A stretch of 61,870 bases of DNA, the filler included, from Limisphaerales bacterium (GTDB lineage: Bacteria; Verrucomicrobiota; Verrucomicrobiia; Limisphaerales; SIBE01), in the NCBI GenBank assembly GCA_044225505.1. It is 6 parts of 6 records of this genome, joined end to end, with 100 filler letters (N's around TTAATTAATTAA, not from the genome) between each part and the next. Parts side by side here need not be neighbours in the genome. Positions count along the whole stretch, not along the records: positions 51,090 to 61,870 come from JBGAIN010000230.1; 5 more parts are not named here. One strand, 5' to 3'. Both the position numbers and the translations under genes were made by a program. Every line of letters begins with the position of its first letter. Position 1 is the first letter of the stretch. Positions 52,004 through 61,300 of the stretch are shown here, piece by piece. The notes below the pieces were generated by a model, which was given only the letters and a program-made list of their open reading frames with translations, searched no databases and was not told where the DNA came from.

Positions 52004-52169
52004 TGCCAAAGCTCTTCTTGTAGATCTTACCGTAGATCTTCACCCAGCCGTAGAAGATGCCGTTCGCCCTGCGGAAAAGGTTGGGGACCGTCGATCGGAA
52101 GAACTCCGGCTGCTTCTTTGAGGGCTTGTTGCCGCTTTGTTTTTCAGCCTTTTCGGCCTGTTTCTGCAC
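52004..52169 (-). pseudogene. N-terminal (arm-binding) fragment of a tyrosine integrase
   Basis: FRSTVPNLFRRANGIFYGWVKIYGKIYKKSFG, oriented away from the adjacent tRNA fragment. No catalytic domain follows. Confidence 0.6.
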
Positions 52170-52267
52170 TCATTTTTGGCGGAGGTTGGTACCGGGGTAC
52201 CATCGGATGGGTTGGGCGTTGACTTTGGCGGCTATTGACGGCCCTTCCGCGAAGGTCAGCTGTGTGC

Positions 52268-52312
52268 CTCTTAATCAATTGGTTTCCGGTTCGAGTCCGG
52301 ACCGGGGCACCA
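52268..52312 (+). mobile_element. att site: 3' half of tRNA-Lys(CTT)
   Basis: CTCTTAATCAATTGGTTTCCGGTTCGAGTCCGGACCGGGGCACCA = anticodon loop, T-arm, 3' acceptor strand and CCA. No 5' acceptor strand or D-arm upstream. Confidence 0.8.
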
Positions 52313-52380
52313 TTCACTCCCTGACCGTTTCCCAGGTTGTACCCCTCTGCGGCCAAATAGTTTGACCCTGTATTGCACGG

Positions 52381-52411
52381 TCCGGGCGTGACTCGCGCGC
52401 CGGGGTTTTTA
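52381..52411 (+). terminator. Putative intrinsic terminator downstream of the tRNA fragment
   Basis: Imperfect GC-rich hairpin CCGGGCGTGACTCGCGCGCCGGGG followed by TTTTT. Confidence 0.4.
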
Positions 52412-52483
52412 TTCGAATTAAAACTTATGAAAAGGCGCGCCGGAACTCATGACGGACTCTCGGTCGTCCGTCTCTTCTTCGTT

Positions 52484-52771
52484 ATGAAAAGAATGATTCT
52501 ATTGACCGCCGCCCTGCTCAGCGCGAGTGCTGTAACGTCGCAGGCCGGATTCCAAATCAACATTGGCGGATGCGTGCGCCCTCCGGTCGTCGTGCAGCCC
52601 CCTGTCGTGTGCGCGCCATCGATCCCCGTGGTTCGCTATCCGGGGCGTCGCCCATGGGCACCGGTCGTCGTGGTTCCCCAGTACCGGACGCCGTACTATC
52701 CGGTAGCGGTAGGCCGGCCACACCGGCATCATCCTCATTACTGCGATTACAGGCGCGGCTGTGGCTACTGA
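52484..52771 (+). CDS. Small secreted Pro/Val/Tyr/His-rich protein
   Basis: MKRMILLTAALLSASAVTSQA signal, then GFQINIG...PPVVVQPPVV...PYYP...HRHHPHY. Confidence 0.7.
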   Translation: MKRMILLTAALLSASAVTSQAGFQINIGGCVRPPVVVQPPVVCAPSIPVVRYPGRRPWAPVVVVPQYRTPYYPVAVGRPHRHHPHYCDYRRGCGY

Positions 52772-53007
52772 CTCATCGATGGTTGTCGTGTCGCCACGGT
52801 CGAACGCGGCAGCAGGAGCGCTGGCCGGTCACTGGAATAGAATAGCGACGGAAGTCCGTTGGGTCACGATATCCCGGCTCCTGACCAGCCGTTCGAGTTC
52901 CTTGCCTCTCGTAGGCACAGTAACCTTGGAGGTACTGTGCCGCGACATGAAAAAGCCGCTCTCAGGAACGAGAGCGGTTGAATTGGCTCTAACGATGAGC
53001 TTTAGCG

Positions 53008-53520
53008 CTATCGAGTCAATCGTTTCCGCACTCCAGCGCAACCGACCATGACCAGTCCGAGCATGGCCAAGGTGGAACCGCCATCTGGGACGCCGTTGCT
53101 GGGGGGCGGAGTGTCGCCTAAATCTTCGAATGTGACATCGAACTGTCGATCAGACACTGCCTCCAAAAACCACGGATGTACGGAAGGGCTAGGAAATATA
53201 TACACGTTCCCTGGATCAGGCACGTCGCTCAACCAGCTAATTCCGACAATACGCTGAGAAACTTGAGATAAATCGACACTGAGATGATTAACCAGACCAG
53301 GTTCTCCAATGGGTTCGGCGAGCCAAGTAGGGATCTCGAACGCTGCTCCACTCGGAATAGGAACAGATATGAACCAGGCATCTGGACCCGTTTGCGCTAT
53401 GGTCAAAGTGGGGATATCCGTGGTCAGCGTGCCGTTGGCTTCCCGAATGTAATACGCGTTGGCGCTCGGGCTCCCTATAAGGACGCAGAGCAAGGCTGAA
53501 GTGAGTAAGAATCGTTTCAT
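53008..53520 (-). CDS. VPDSG-CTERM sorted surface protein, copy A
   Basis: Signal peptide; C-terminal VPDGGSTLAMLGLVMVGCAGVRKRLTR. Confidence 0.9.
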   Translation of the reverse strand: MKRFLLTSALLCVLIGSPSANAYYIREANGTLTTDIPTLTIAQTGPDAWFISVPIPSGAAFEIPTWLAEPIGEPGLVNHLSVDLSQVSQRIVGISWLSDVPDPGNVYIFPSPSVHPWFLEAVSDRQFDVTFEDLGDTPPPSNGVPDGGSTLAMLGLVMVGCAGVRKRLTR

Positions 53521-53645
53521 TTAATGAGTCAGGAACAATGGTCAGGGAATTTGTCCCGGACACCGCGTGGCACCTACCGGGAATAGTTACTGTTAGCCCA
53601 CCAGCGGCTGTGAGTCAAACGTTAGTTCCTAGGCCGCTTCGGTGC

Positions 53646-53902
53646 GGGCGCAGCTTGGCTGTACCACCCTTAGCCCTTACGCAGCAAACCGAAGTTCATC
53701 CCAGTGACGGTTTTCGCGAGCTTGCTTGAGGGCGGATACATGGCGAAAGCCTTCCTCGGTCCAGAACTGTCCGCGTTGTTTGAAACGTCCCTGTTGCCCG
53801 CTGCACGCCGATTCGACCGCGCCGCTTCCGATGAGCCAACCCAGTTGGAAGATCTCTTTGTAGGACAGCCGCTGGGACTGGTTCTGGAAATAGTTCTGCT
53901 GT
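53646..53902 (-). mobile_element. 3' end of an ISKra4/ISLre2-like (UPF0236) transposase plus probable terminal repeat; not in the ORF track
   Basis: Manual translation QQNYFQNQSQRLSYKEIFQLGWLIGSGAVESACSGQQGRFKQRGQFWTEEGFRHVSALKQARENRHWDELRFAA* (stop 53677-53679). GGCGCAGCTTGGCTGTACC at 53647-53665. Confidence 0.75.
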
Positions 53903-53999
53903 TGCCAAAGCTCGTCTTGTAGATCTTACCGTAGATCTTCACTCGGCCGTAGTAGCTGCCGTTGGCGCTGCGGAAGAGGTTGGAGACGGTTGAGCGGAA
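53903..53999 (-). pseudogene. Second integrase N-terminal fragment
   Basis: FRSTVSNLFRSANGSYYGRVKIYGKIYKTSFG; aligns without gaps to 52004-52100. Confidence 0.6.
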
Positions 54000-54915
54000 C
54001 ATCATCCTCATTACTGCGATCACAGGCGCGGCTGTGGCTACTGACTCATCGGCCGTAGTCGTGTCGCCACGGTCGAACGCGGCAGCAGGAGCGCTGGCCG
54101 GTCACTGGAATTGAATAGCGACGGAAGACCGTTGGGTCACGATATCCCGGCTCCCGACCAGCCGTTCGAGTTCCTTGCCTCTCGTAGCCACAGTAACCTT
54201 GGACGCCCCGTGCCGCGACATGAAAAAGCCGCTCTCAGGAACGAGAGCGGCTGAATTGGCTCTAACGATGAGCTTTAGCGCTATCGAGTCAATCGTTTCC
54301 GCACTCCAGCGCAACCGACCATGACCAGTCCAAGCATGGCCAAGGTGGAACCGCCATCCGGGACGCCGTTGCTGGGGGGCGGAGTGTCGCCCAAATCTTC
54401 GAATGTGACATCGAACTGTTGATCAGACACTTGCGACAAGGTCCATTGAGTCACGAACGGGCTCGCCTCTACAATTACGTTCCCGGGGTCTGGCAAGTCA
54501 CTCACCCAGGTAATCCCGAGAATTTTCTGACGAAGCTGAGATTGATCGAACGCGGTATGGTTGACCAGGCCGGGTTCTCCAGCGGGTTCTGCGAGGAAGC
54601 CTGGGATGGTTATTACAGCGTTTACCGGGATGGGGACAGATATGAGCCAAGCCTCAGGACCCGTTTGCGTTATGGTCAAAGTAGGGATATCGGTGGTCAG
54701 CGTGCCGTTGGCCTCGCGGATATAATACGCGTTGGCGCTCGGGCTTCCTATGAGGACGCAGAGCAACGCTGAAGTGAGCAAGAATCGTTTCATTTAATGA
54801 GTTAGGAACAATGGTTTGGGAATTTGTCCCGGACACTGCGTGGCACCCGCCGGGAATAGTTGTTATTAGTCCACCAGCGGCTTTAAGTCAAACACTAGTT
54901 CCTACGCCGCTTTCG
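54000..54915. repeat. Direct repeat of 52727-53642 (offset 1273 bp)
   Basis: Both copies begin CATCATCCTCATTACTGCGAT and end ...TAGTTCCTA.GCCGCTT. Confidence 0.95.
54281..54793 (-). CDS. VPDSG-CTERM sorted surface protein, copy B
   Basis: 170 aa; first 41 and last 45 aa are identical to copy A. Confidence 0.9.
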   Translation of the reverse strand: MKRFLLTSALLCVLIGSPSANAYYIREANGTLTTDIPTLTITQTGPEAWLISVPIPVNAVITIPGFLAEPAGEPGLVNHTAFDQSQLRQKILGITWVSDLPDPGNVIVEASPFVTQWTLSQVSDQQFDVTFEDLGDTPPPSNGVPDGGSTLAMLGLVMVGCAGVRKRLTR

Positions 54916-55303
54916 GCGCTATGGCCGGTGGCAAACTGGCTGGCCCGATTTTGTCCGGGGACTTAGCGGTCACCACACGAGAGGAGTTAATCAGCCAAAC
55001 TCGTCCACATTTGTGGACGAATTGCCAGAGCGTTGGTAACCAACTGTTTCGCAATTACGCCGCGTTTCTAAGCTGCGTTTTCGCTGGTTCAGACACTGGA
55101 CAAACAGCTGCGGTGAGACGGCGAGTCGGCGACGCAAGGCTCTCGGTCGAAAAAATCTCCACGCAGGCGGCGCGGTGAACTCAGGTGGCGACCGCTCACG
55201 TCGATCTTGGTTAGCGTTGTCGTCATCGGAAACCTTCGCTTTGGCGCTCGCACACCTCCATCCAACCGACACTGGACGCTTCACACTCGGTTGCGGCAAG
55301 CGG

Positions 55304-55852
55304 CTATTCGTCTTTTGGTCGGCGAGGAAACGCCCATTCGAACAATCCGGGAGGAATCTGATCCTGGTTCTCGAGCAGCCGATGGTAACGAGCGGCTGAA
55401 TCTACCATCAGGCCAACAAATCCGGCGGCGAGCGTCAACGTCATGGTATTAGCCCCGAATTCTAATATGAAAAGAAACACGCCGCAGCAAAACCCGATCA
55501 GGAACCCGGTAAAGATGGTTCTGTCCGCCATGACAGCCAGGAAATAATCGTCATCGAGAAAAAGGGTCCTTGTCAAAGTGGAGTGCTCGGACGGCCAAGG
55601 AGTCAGGACATAACGATACCATTTGGGAGCGCAGGAACTTTCGCTCTTTTCGCTCACGTAGTAGGCCGATCCTTCCAGGATCAGACGAGGACGTCCGAAC
55701 TCTCGCACTTTGAAATCGGTGAGCGGGACTTGCGAATCAAGAATGACGTTCGTGCCGTGGAACCACATCTCGCCGCACGGGAATGCCACGATGCGGCTCC
55801 GGGCCTTGAACGCCGCGGCAGGATCGACCGATTCTGTGCTGCGAGATCTCAC
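55304..55852 (-). CDS. Hypothetical membrane protein
   Basis: 182-aa ORF with two C-terminal hydrophobic segments; start uncertain. Confidence 0.45.
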   Translation of the reverse strand: MRSRSTESVDPAAAFKARSRIVAFPCGEMWFHGTNVILDSQVPLTDFKVREFGRPRLILEGSAYYVSEKSESSCAPKWYRYVLTPWPSEHSTLTRTLFLDDDYFLAVMADRTIFTGFLIGFCCGVFLFILEFGANTMTLTLAAGFVGLMVDSAARYHRLLENQDQIPPGLFEWAFPRRPKDE

Positions 55853-56048
55853 GGATCAATCATCCTGGCCTCGTTTGGGCCCGAGGGCGGAGTCACTGGT
55901 TTAAGTCGGCGGCGCATGGCCATGATGGCTCGCACCTCAGCCCTTTCATTGCTAATGGAATGGACTACCAGAAAAGTGGTGGTTTTACAGCATATAATGG
56001 CGAGGACGGGCGTTTCTTGACAGTACCCCCAGGATCGCGGGATTTATC

Positions 56049-56357
56049 CTAATGCCATTCGGTAATTCTATTCAGTCCCGGAAGGGACAGAATGAGAGAA
56101 GCCCGGTCGCTTTAGCGCCGGGTGCTCCAGTGAGAGGGCCCAAGCCCCGGAGGGGCGGCTGAGTGCGGCGAGAAAGGGCGTTTGGGTTCTACGACCTTGT
56201 GATCCGCTTAATCTCCGGTTCTTCCGTTCAATGCCACCTCCTCGGCCGTCCTGTCGGGACTTGGAATCGCGCCCATTCAACCTCGGCGTTAAAACGCCGA
56301 GCTATTCTCGAGTTGCCCCATCCGGGGCGCCAGGAGGCAATTACCGAATGGCATTAG
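56049..56357. mobile_element. 309-bp MITE with perfect 19-bp TIRs (IS4-like ends)
   Basis: CTAATGCCATTCGGTAATT (56049-56067) and AATTACCGAATGGCATTAG (56339-56357). No transposase inside. Second copy at 40826. Confidence 0.85.
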
Positions 56358-56606
56358 ATAAATCCCGCAGGATGTCCGCAGGCACGACCGCGATCGCGAA
56401 GGATTCGAGCGCTGCTGGCCGCATCGGACGCTCCGCAAAGTTGCGTTTCTCATTCCTGGATAGTGGCATGGAGGCGGCTCAACAGGGTATTACCCGGCAA
56501 ATATTGCTCGGGGAACAGATCGGAACCTGGCCGATGAGAACACAGTAACATGAACGCTGCAAGCCGGTTCGTCTGTTGTCGTAAACCGTGCTCGCCTTGC
56601 TGACCC

Positions 56607-57653
56607 ATGATAACGCTCTTAAACAAGCTGCGGATCGGATCAAAAGAGATCCTCCGACGCCATTTGCTCCTTCCGAAACTGCAGGCGTGCGTGCCATCGG
56701 GCGTGGGAGAGCTGAGCGTGGGCCTGTTTGAGGCCGAACCCGCAGCCGCGGCCACCATCAGCCTGGCACCGGGCGCATCCGGCAAAAATGACCAGGGGCA
56801 GAAGAATTTCCTCACCAGCTCGGGCGCGGAAGCACAGGAAAATGAGATTTCGACCGTCACCGTCGAACCTTCGGCGAAACCCGTCCTCGGGCCCCGCACG
56901 AGCTCGCGATCGAGCGGATCCTTGGCGACGATTACTCCACGCCCGTCAGCGTTACCTCCAGCACTCGTCCAAGGGATGACTGACAAATCGGGTTTCGCGC
57001 GTCGCGCGGCCGCGGAAGCTCTCGTTGAAGTGAACGATCCAGCCGCTGTGGAACTGCTCCTGACGGCGCTCGGGGACAAAGATCCGACGGTGCGGGTCGC
57101 GGCCATCCACTCGCTCAAGCGCGCGAGCGGCCAGCCCAAGGTCACCGCGAATTTAAAACGTTTTTTGGCGGATCGCATGCTGGGCATCCGTCTGGCCGCT
57201 GCTGAGGTGCTAAGTCGAAGCCAGGACAGCACCTTGGAAACGGCCTTCTTTCATTTGCTAAAAGATGAGAGCTTCGAGATTCGCGCGCTGGCGATTAAGT
57301 ATCTCGGTCGGACACGGAAATCCAACTATGTGGAGGCCCTCGTCGCCAGTCTCAGCGACCAGGACAATGATGTTCGCGAGGCGGCGGCGTTCGCCTTGGG
57401 AGAACTGCACTCCGCGATTGCCATTGAACCGTTAGTTTTGACGCTTGCGGACGAAGAAAGTAATGTCCGCAAAGCTGCGGTTTTAGCTTTGCAGAAAACG
57501 GACCCGAAGTGGGCCGAGTCGGAAGCCGCACAGAGTGCCACTCCACAACTGGAAGCGCTGCTCGATACCCGCCCTTCGTGGGTGCGGAGTGCGGTCGGGC
57601 AGCTGCTCTCCCAGCTCCATCAACACGCGGTGCTTGCGGATAAACCGTGCTGA
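56607..57653 (+). CDS. HEAT-repeat protein with low-complexity N-terminus
   Basis: Repeats 'LLTALGDKDPTVRVAAIHSL', 'LVASLSDQDNDVREAAAFALGEL', 'LADEESNVRKAAVLAL'. Confidence 0.85.
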   Translation: MITLLNKLRIGSKEILRRHLLLPKLQACVPSGVGELSVGLFEAEPAAAATISLAPGASGKNDQGQKNFLTSSGAEAQENEISTVTVEPSAKPVLGPRTSSRSSGSLATITPRPSALPPALVQGMTDKSGFARRAAAEALVEVNDPAAVELLLTALGDKDPTVRVAAIHSLKRASGQPKVTANLKRFLADRMLGIRLAAAEVLSRSQDSTLETAFFHLLKDESFEIRALAIKYLGRTRKSNYVEALVASLSDQDNDVREAAAFALGELHSAIAIEPLVLTLADEESNVRKAAVLALQKTDPKWAESEAAQSATPQLEALLDTRPSWVRSAVGQLLSQLHQHAVLADKPC

Positions 57654-57728
57654 ATCCGTTTCGCACGGGCGCGGCAGGCCTGGAGTCACTCGACGATCCG
57701 TCCATGAATCCCCGTGAATGACTCCATC

Positions 57729-57776
57729 GATCACTGGAGGATCACTGGAGGATCACTGGAGGATCACTGGAGGATC
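57729..57776 (+). repeat. Tandem repeat (GATCACTGGAG)x4 plus GATC
   Basis: Four perfect 11-bp units. Confidence 0.95.
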
Positions 57777-57830
57777 GTAGGTGCGAGTGACGGGGTAAAA
57801 GATTGGCGGAACTTACGCTCCTCGTTCCAG

Positions 57831-58020
57831 ACCCAGCGGGACGGCTGAACATGGGTATTTGCAGGAGAGGAACCTAGGTATCGGAGAGCCCCCGGGGTTT
57901 GCGCCTTTCCAACAACATTTCAGGCCCGAGTTCGGCCACCCCTCCGGGGCTTCGCTCTTCTTCAACCGCCCCCCCGGCGCTAAAGCGACCGGACTACTCT
58001 CGACTCGTCCCCTTGGGTCT
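57831..58020. repeat. REP-cluster repeat of the family carried inside the MITE
   Basis: GGGACGGCTGAA ... CCCCTCCGGGGCTT ... CCCGGCGCTAAAGCGACCGG matches the reverse complement of 56073-56162. Confidence 0.7.
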
Positions 58021-58337
58021 GATCAGAACTGCTGAAAGGCATCCGGTGACAAATTGTCTCCAACGGCCGTTCCGAGACGAGTCGAGCGCGGGATGAGAGC
58101 ATTTTGCTCTCAATCGCTTCCCAGAGTGCGGCACCGAAAACATGGCGCCGATCTTTTGGGCAAGGTAATCCTCACGCAGAAAAGCGGTGGAGGGCCACCG
58201 CACTCCAAAATCTGGCGAAGTATAGTGGCTTAGTCCTTGCGCGACAGCGTCTTGAAGTGCTCCAGCGGTCTGGAGCTGTGGCTGCAAATTAAGCCCGCAC
58301 CGAACGAGAACCACGAACCGGGTGACAACGATGCGTG

Positions 58338-61300
58338 CTATTCCGTAAGCCAAAGCCGCAAGCCGACATCGGATTTCGAAGCGGCTGCCGCAGAGGTTCG
58401 CACCTCTCGGAGACGGAAGAATTGGCTCGTTTCTGTGGCCGCGGGCGAAAACGGCGGGGTAGCCCCGGGCACAATGGTCCACGGTCCCGCAGGATTGTCC
58501 GCGGATTCCAGCACTGCATCCCCTGCCCACGTGAAGGCTAGCGGCTTGGGAGCGACAATGACATTGTTTGGGTTCGCGGAACAATTGATCGTGACTTTGA
58601 AGCTGCATGCCTGAGCCGCGGCTTGTTTCGTGGTGCAAACGACCGTGGTGGTGCCTGCCGGGAAGAAACTGCCCGACGGCGGGTTGCACTCGACCTCCAC
58701 GTCCGTCTTGCACTGGGTGTGCGCCGTCACCCGGAAGACAACGTTCGCCCCGGTGCCTTTGGTGCAAGGGGCCAAGATATCCTTAGGGCAATCGATGGTG
58801 GCCACTCCCGGGTCGATGACGGTCATCACCACGACGCAACTCGCTTCGTTTCCGGCGGCGTCGTGAGCCGTCAGCGTAATCTCGTGCGCTCCAACGCCGA
58901 CCAAGGTGCCGGGCGGTGGCGTCTGCGTCACGGCGCGTTCGCTGGGAACGAGGCAGTTATCAGTCACCTTAACCTGTTGACGGAGGTCAGGCACCGAAGC
59001 TCGGCAAGAAGAGGCCCCCGTCGCGGAATTAATGCTACCGAGTGGCACCGTAAAGTCCGGAGGACATTCGAGCGTGGGCGGTGTGGTATCGCCAAAGATC
59101 AGCCCGCCAGGCCAAGCGTAAGACTCGTACGGGCCAAACCCATAAACGATGGTGCTGAACGGTTGAGCAGCGGAAAGCGAGTGCTGGCCGGGCGCCACGG
59201 CCTTGCGCGCGTAGAAGAATCCCGTTGCAGCAATCGGAGCGTAGTCACCGGCGGCAATTGGAGCGCCGTCCAACGTCAATGTGCCGACTGCGCCTGCTGG
59301 GGCGACGATATTAATAAAGTGGCTGGTGAACGCATTCGGACCGGTGCAGACCATATGGTCGGTCGTGAAGAATCGGGTCGCGGGCACCATCACCATGAAA
59401 GGATCTGCGAACTTGACGTTATCGGCGTCTGAACTCTGAGCGTACTGCGCAAGGTAGACCGGCTTGTCCGAGGTGATGCGGTTCGCGCCGGTTAAGGACA
59501 GAGTCTTGATTTCACCGCGCTGCAGGGTGGCATTGGCGACGCCGTTCACCAGCACCTGGGTATTGTCGTATCCTGCAATGACTCGGAAGATATCGCCGCC
59601 GGCCCGAGTGACCAGGGGTGTCGTGTAGAACGTTTTGCCCCAGGCATTCACCGGGAGGAGTTGTTCGACCAGATAATCACAAAACAAGCGACTCGGTGAA
59701 TTGATGTCCGCGCATTGGTGCCCGCCAAATTAGGATGGCCTAGCAAAGTCTGCGACGGAACGATAGTGACGGTAGTTTCGTCTTCGGTGGCCACCAAGGC
59801 GAACTGGGTTCCGTTCAGCGCTGACACGTTGTCGAAGACGTTCGGGTAACCCATCACGATGTACTCTTTACCAAGCACTTCCGTTGGCAATCCCAGGAAG
59901 CCGTCGGAACTATAGGGAATCCGACTGAGACCGTAGACAGCGACAGGATCGTTCGAAGTGACGTGGATGCCTCTGTTCTGCACAACGTCCACCGTGTCGC
60001 CGAGGCTGGCGGCGTCGGGCAACACGACCGCCACGGACATACTCGCGGGAATGACAAAGCCTTTGTTGAACCGTAAACCCGCGACCGAGACGAGGCCAGT
60101 GGTCCCTTGCTCACCGACAATACAGAGCGTCAAGGTCAACGGAGCGGCTGAGGCCGCTGGGTAATTCCCCGGGAAGGTCAACCAAAAGTCCGAGCCCTTG
60201 TAATTCCCGTCGCAAGGACCACCGGCGTCAATCGTCACTTTGTAGTCTTCCACTTCGCCATCGGGCGCTTGGCCAACAAAACTGAGCTTGCCGTTCTTGC
60301 TAAAGCGAAACCGCGCAAATGTGGCGCCTCCTTTGGCGGAAGCCGGCACTGCGAAAGACAAAGAGTTCACTCCGCCCGCGACGACCTTGCTGAGGAAGAT
60401 TTGCTCGCCGGCGTCGTTCCACGAACGATTGCCATTGAAATCGATCCAGGCATCCAAATGACCCGTCTGAGACGCCGTCACTTCGATCTTCGTCGTTTGA
60501 CCCGCCACGAGCGGCGAGAGGAACTTCACGCCGTCTTCGTCATCGGCATTTTGCGGGTTTACGTCATCGCCCGTCGCGTCGAGACTGGCTTGGCCGTCGG
60601 TTTCAGCATCGACGATCTTTCCCAGGAAGAACCCCTGAGTGATGACGTGACGAGCCCCGTTATTTTTGAGGTAGGTGGGATAGCCAATTCCTCCGACAGC
60701 ACCCGCGATCACATCGGGGGCATCGCCGAAGTCCAGCTGCACACTCGATTCCACCACCGTAATCTTGTAGTCCTCGACCTCGCCTTCAGGGACAGCGGCC
60801 CCCTGCCCTAAATCGTCCGGACCTTCCACCCCAGTCCGGCTGAAGCGAAACCGCGCGAAGGTGTCACCGACCGCCGCGGTGGCCGGGACGTTGACGACCA
60901 GTGTATTCGGGCCGGGATTAAGGACAACGTGATTCAAGGCGCGCTCGGCCGACTCAAAACCGCCCGTTCGGTTAAAGTCGAACCAGGCGTCCAGAATTCC
61001 TTGGGCGGAAGCGGTCACGATCAGGGTCGCGCTCTTTCCCGGATTAAAGGGCGACGAGAACTCCACGCCGTCCTCGTCATCCGCCGTCTTGGGATTAAGA
61101 TCGTCTCCGAACGCATCGGCACTTGGCTGCCCGTCGGTCTCTGCGTCAACCGTTTTCCCCAGGAAGAACCCCGGCGCGATCTTGTGTCGCGGACCTTTAC
61201 TCGCGAGTTTCGTGTGATAAAGCACCGCCAAAGAGCCTTCGGGAGCGTCACCGAAGTCAAATTGATCGGTCGGAGGCGCGGCCGCAATCTTGACGGCGTA

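Noticed and set aside
52240..52312. Complete tRNA-Lys gene
   Set aside because: No 5' acceptor strand, D-arm or 5' anticodon stem (AATTGA expected) upstream. Treated as an att fragment.
53140..54700. Diversity-generating retroelement (TR/VR pair) explaining the two VPDSG genes
   Set aside because: Differences involve all bases and many synonymous positions, not only adenines. Both copies are full genes and no reverse transcriptase is present.
57729..57776. CRISPR array
   Set aside because: The 11-bp units are head-to-tail with no spacers, and no cas genes are in the window.
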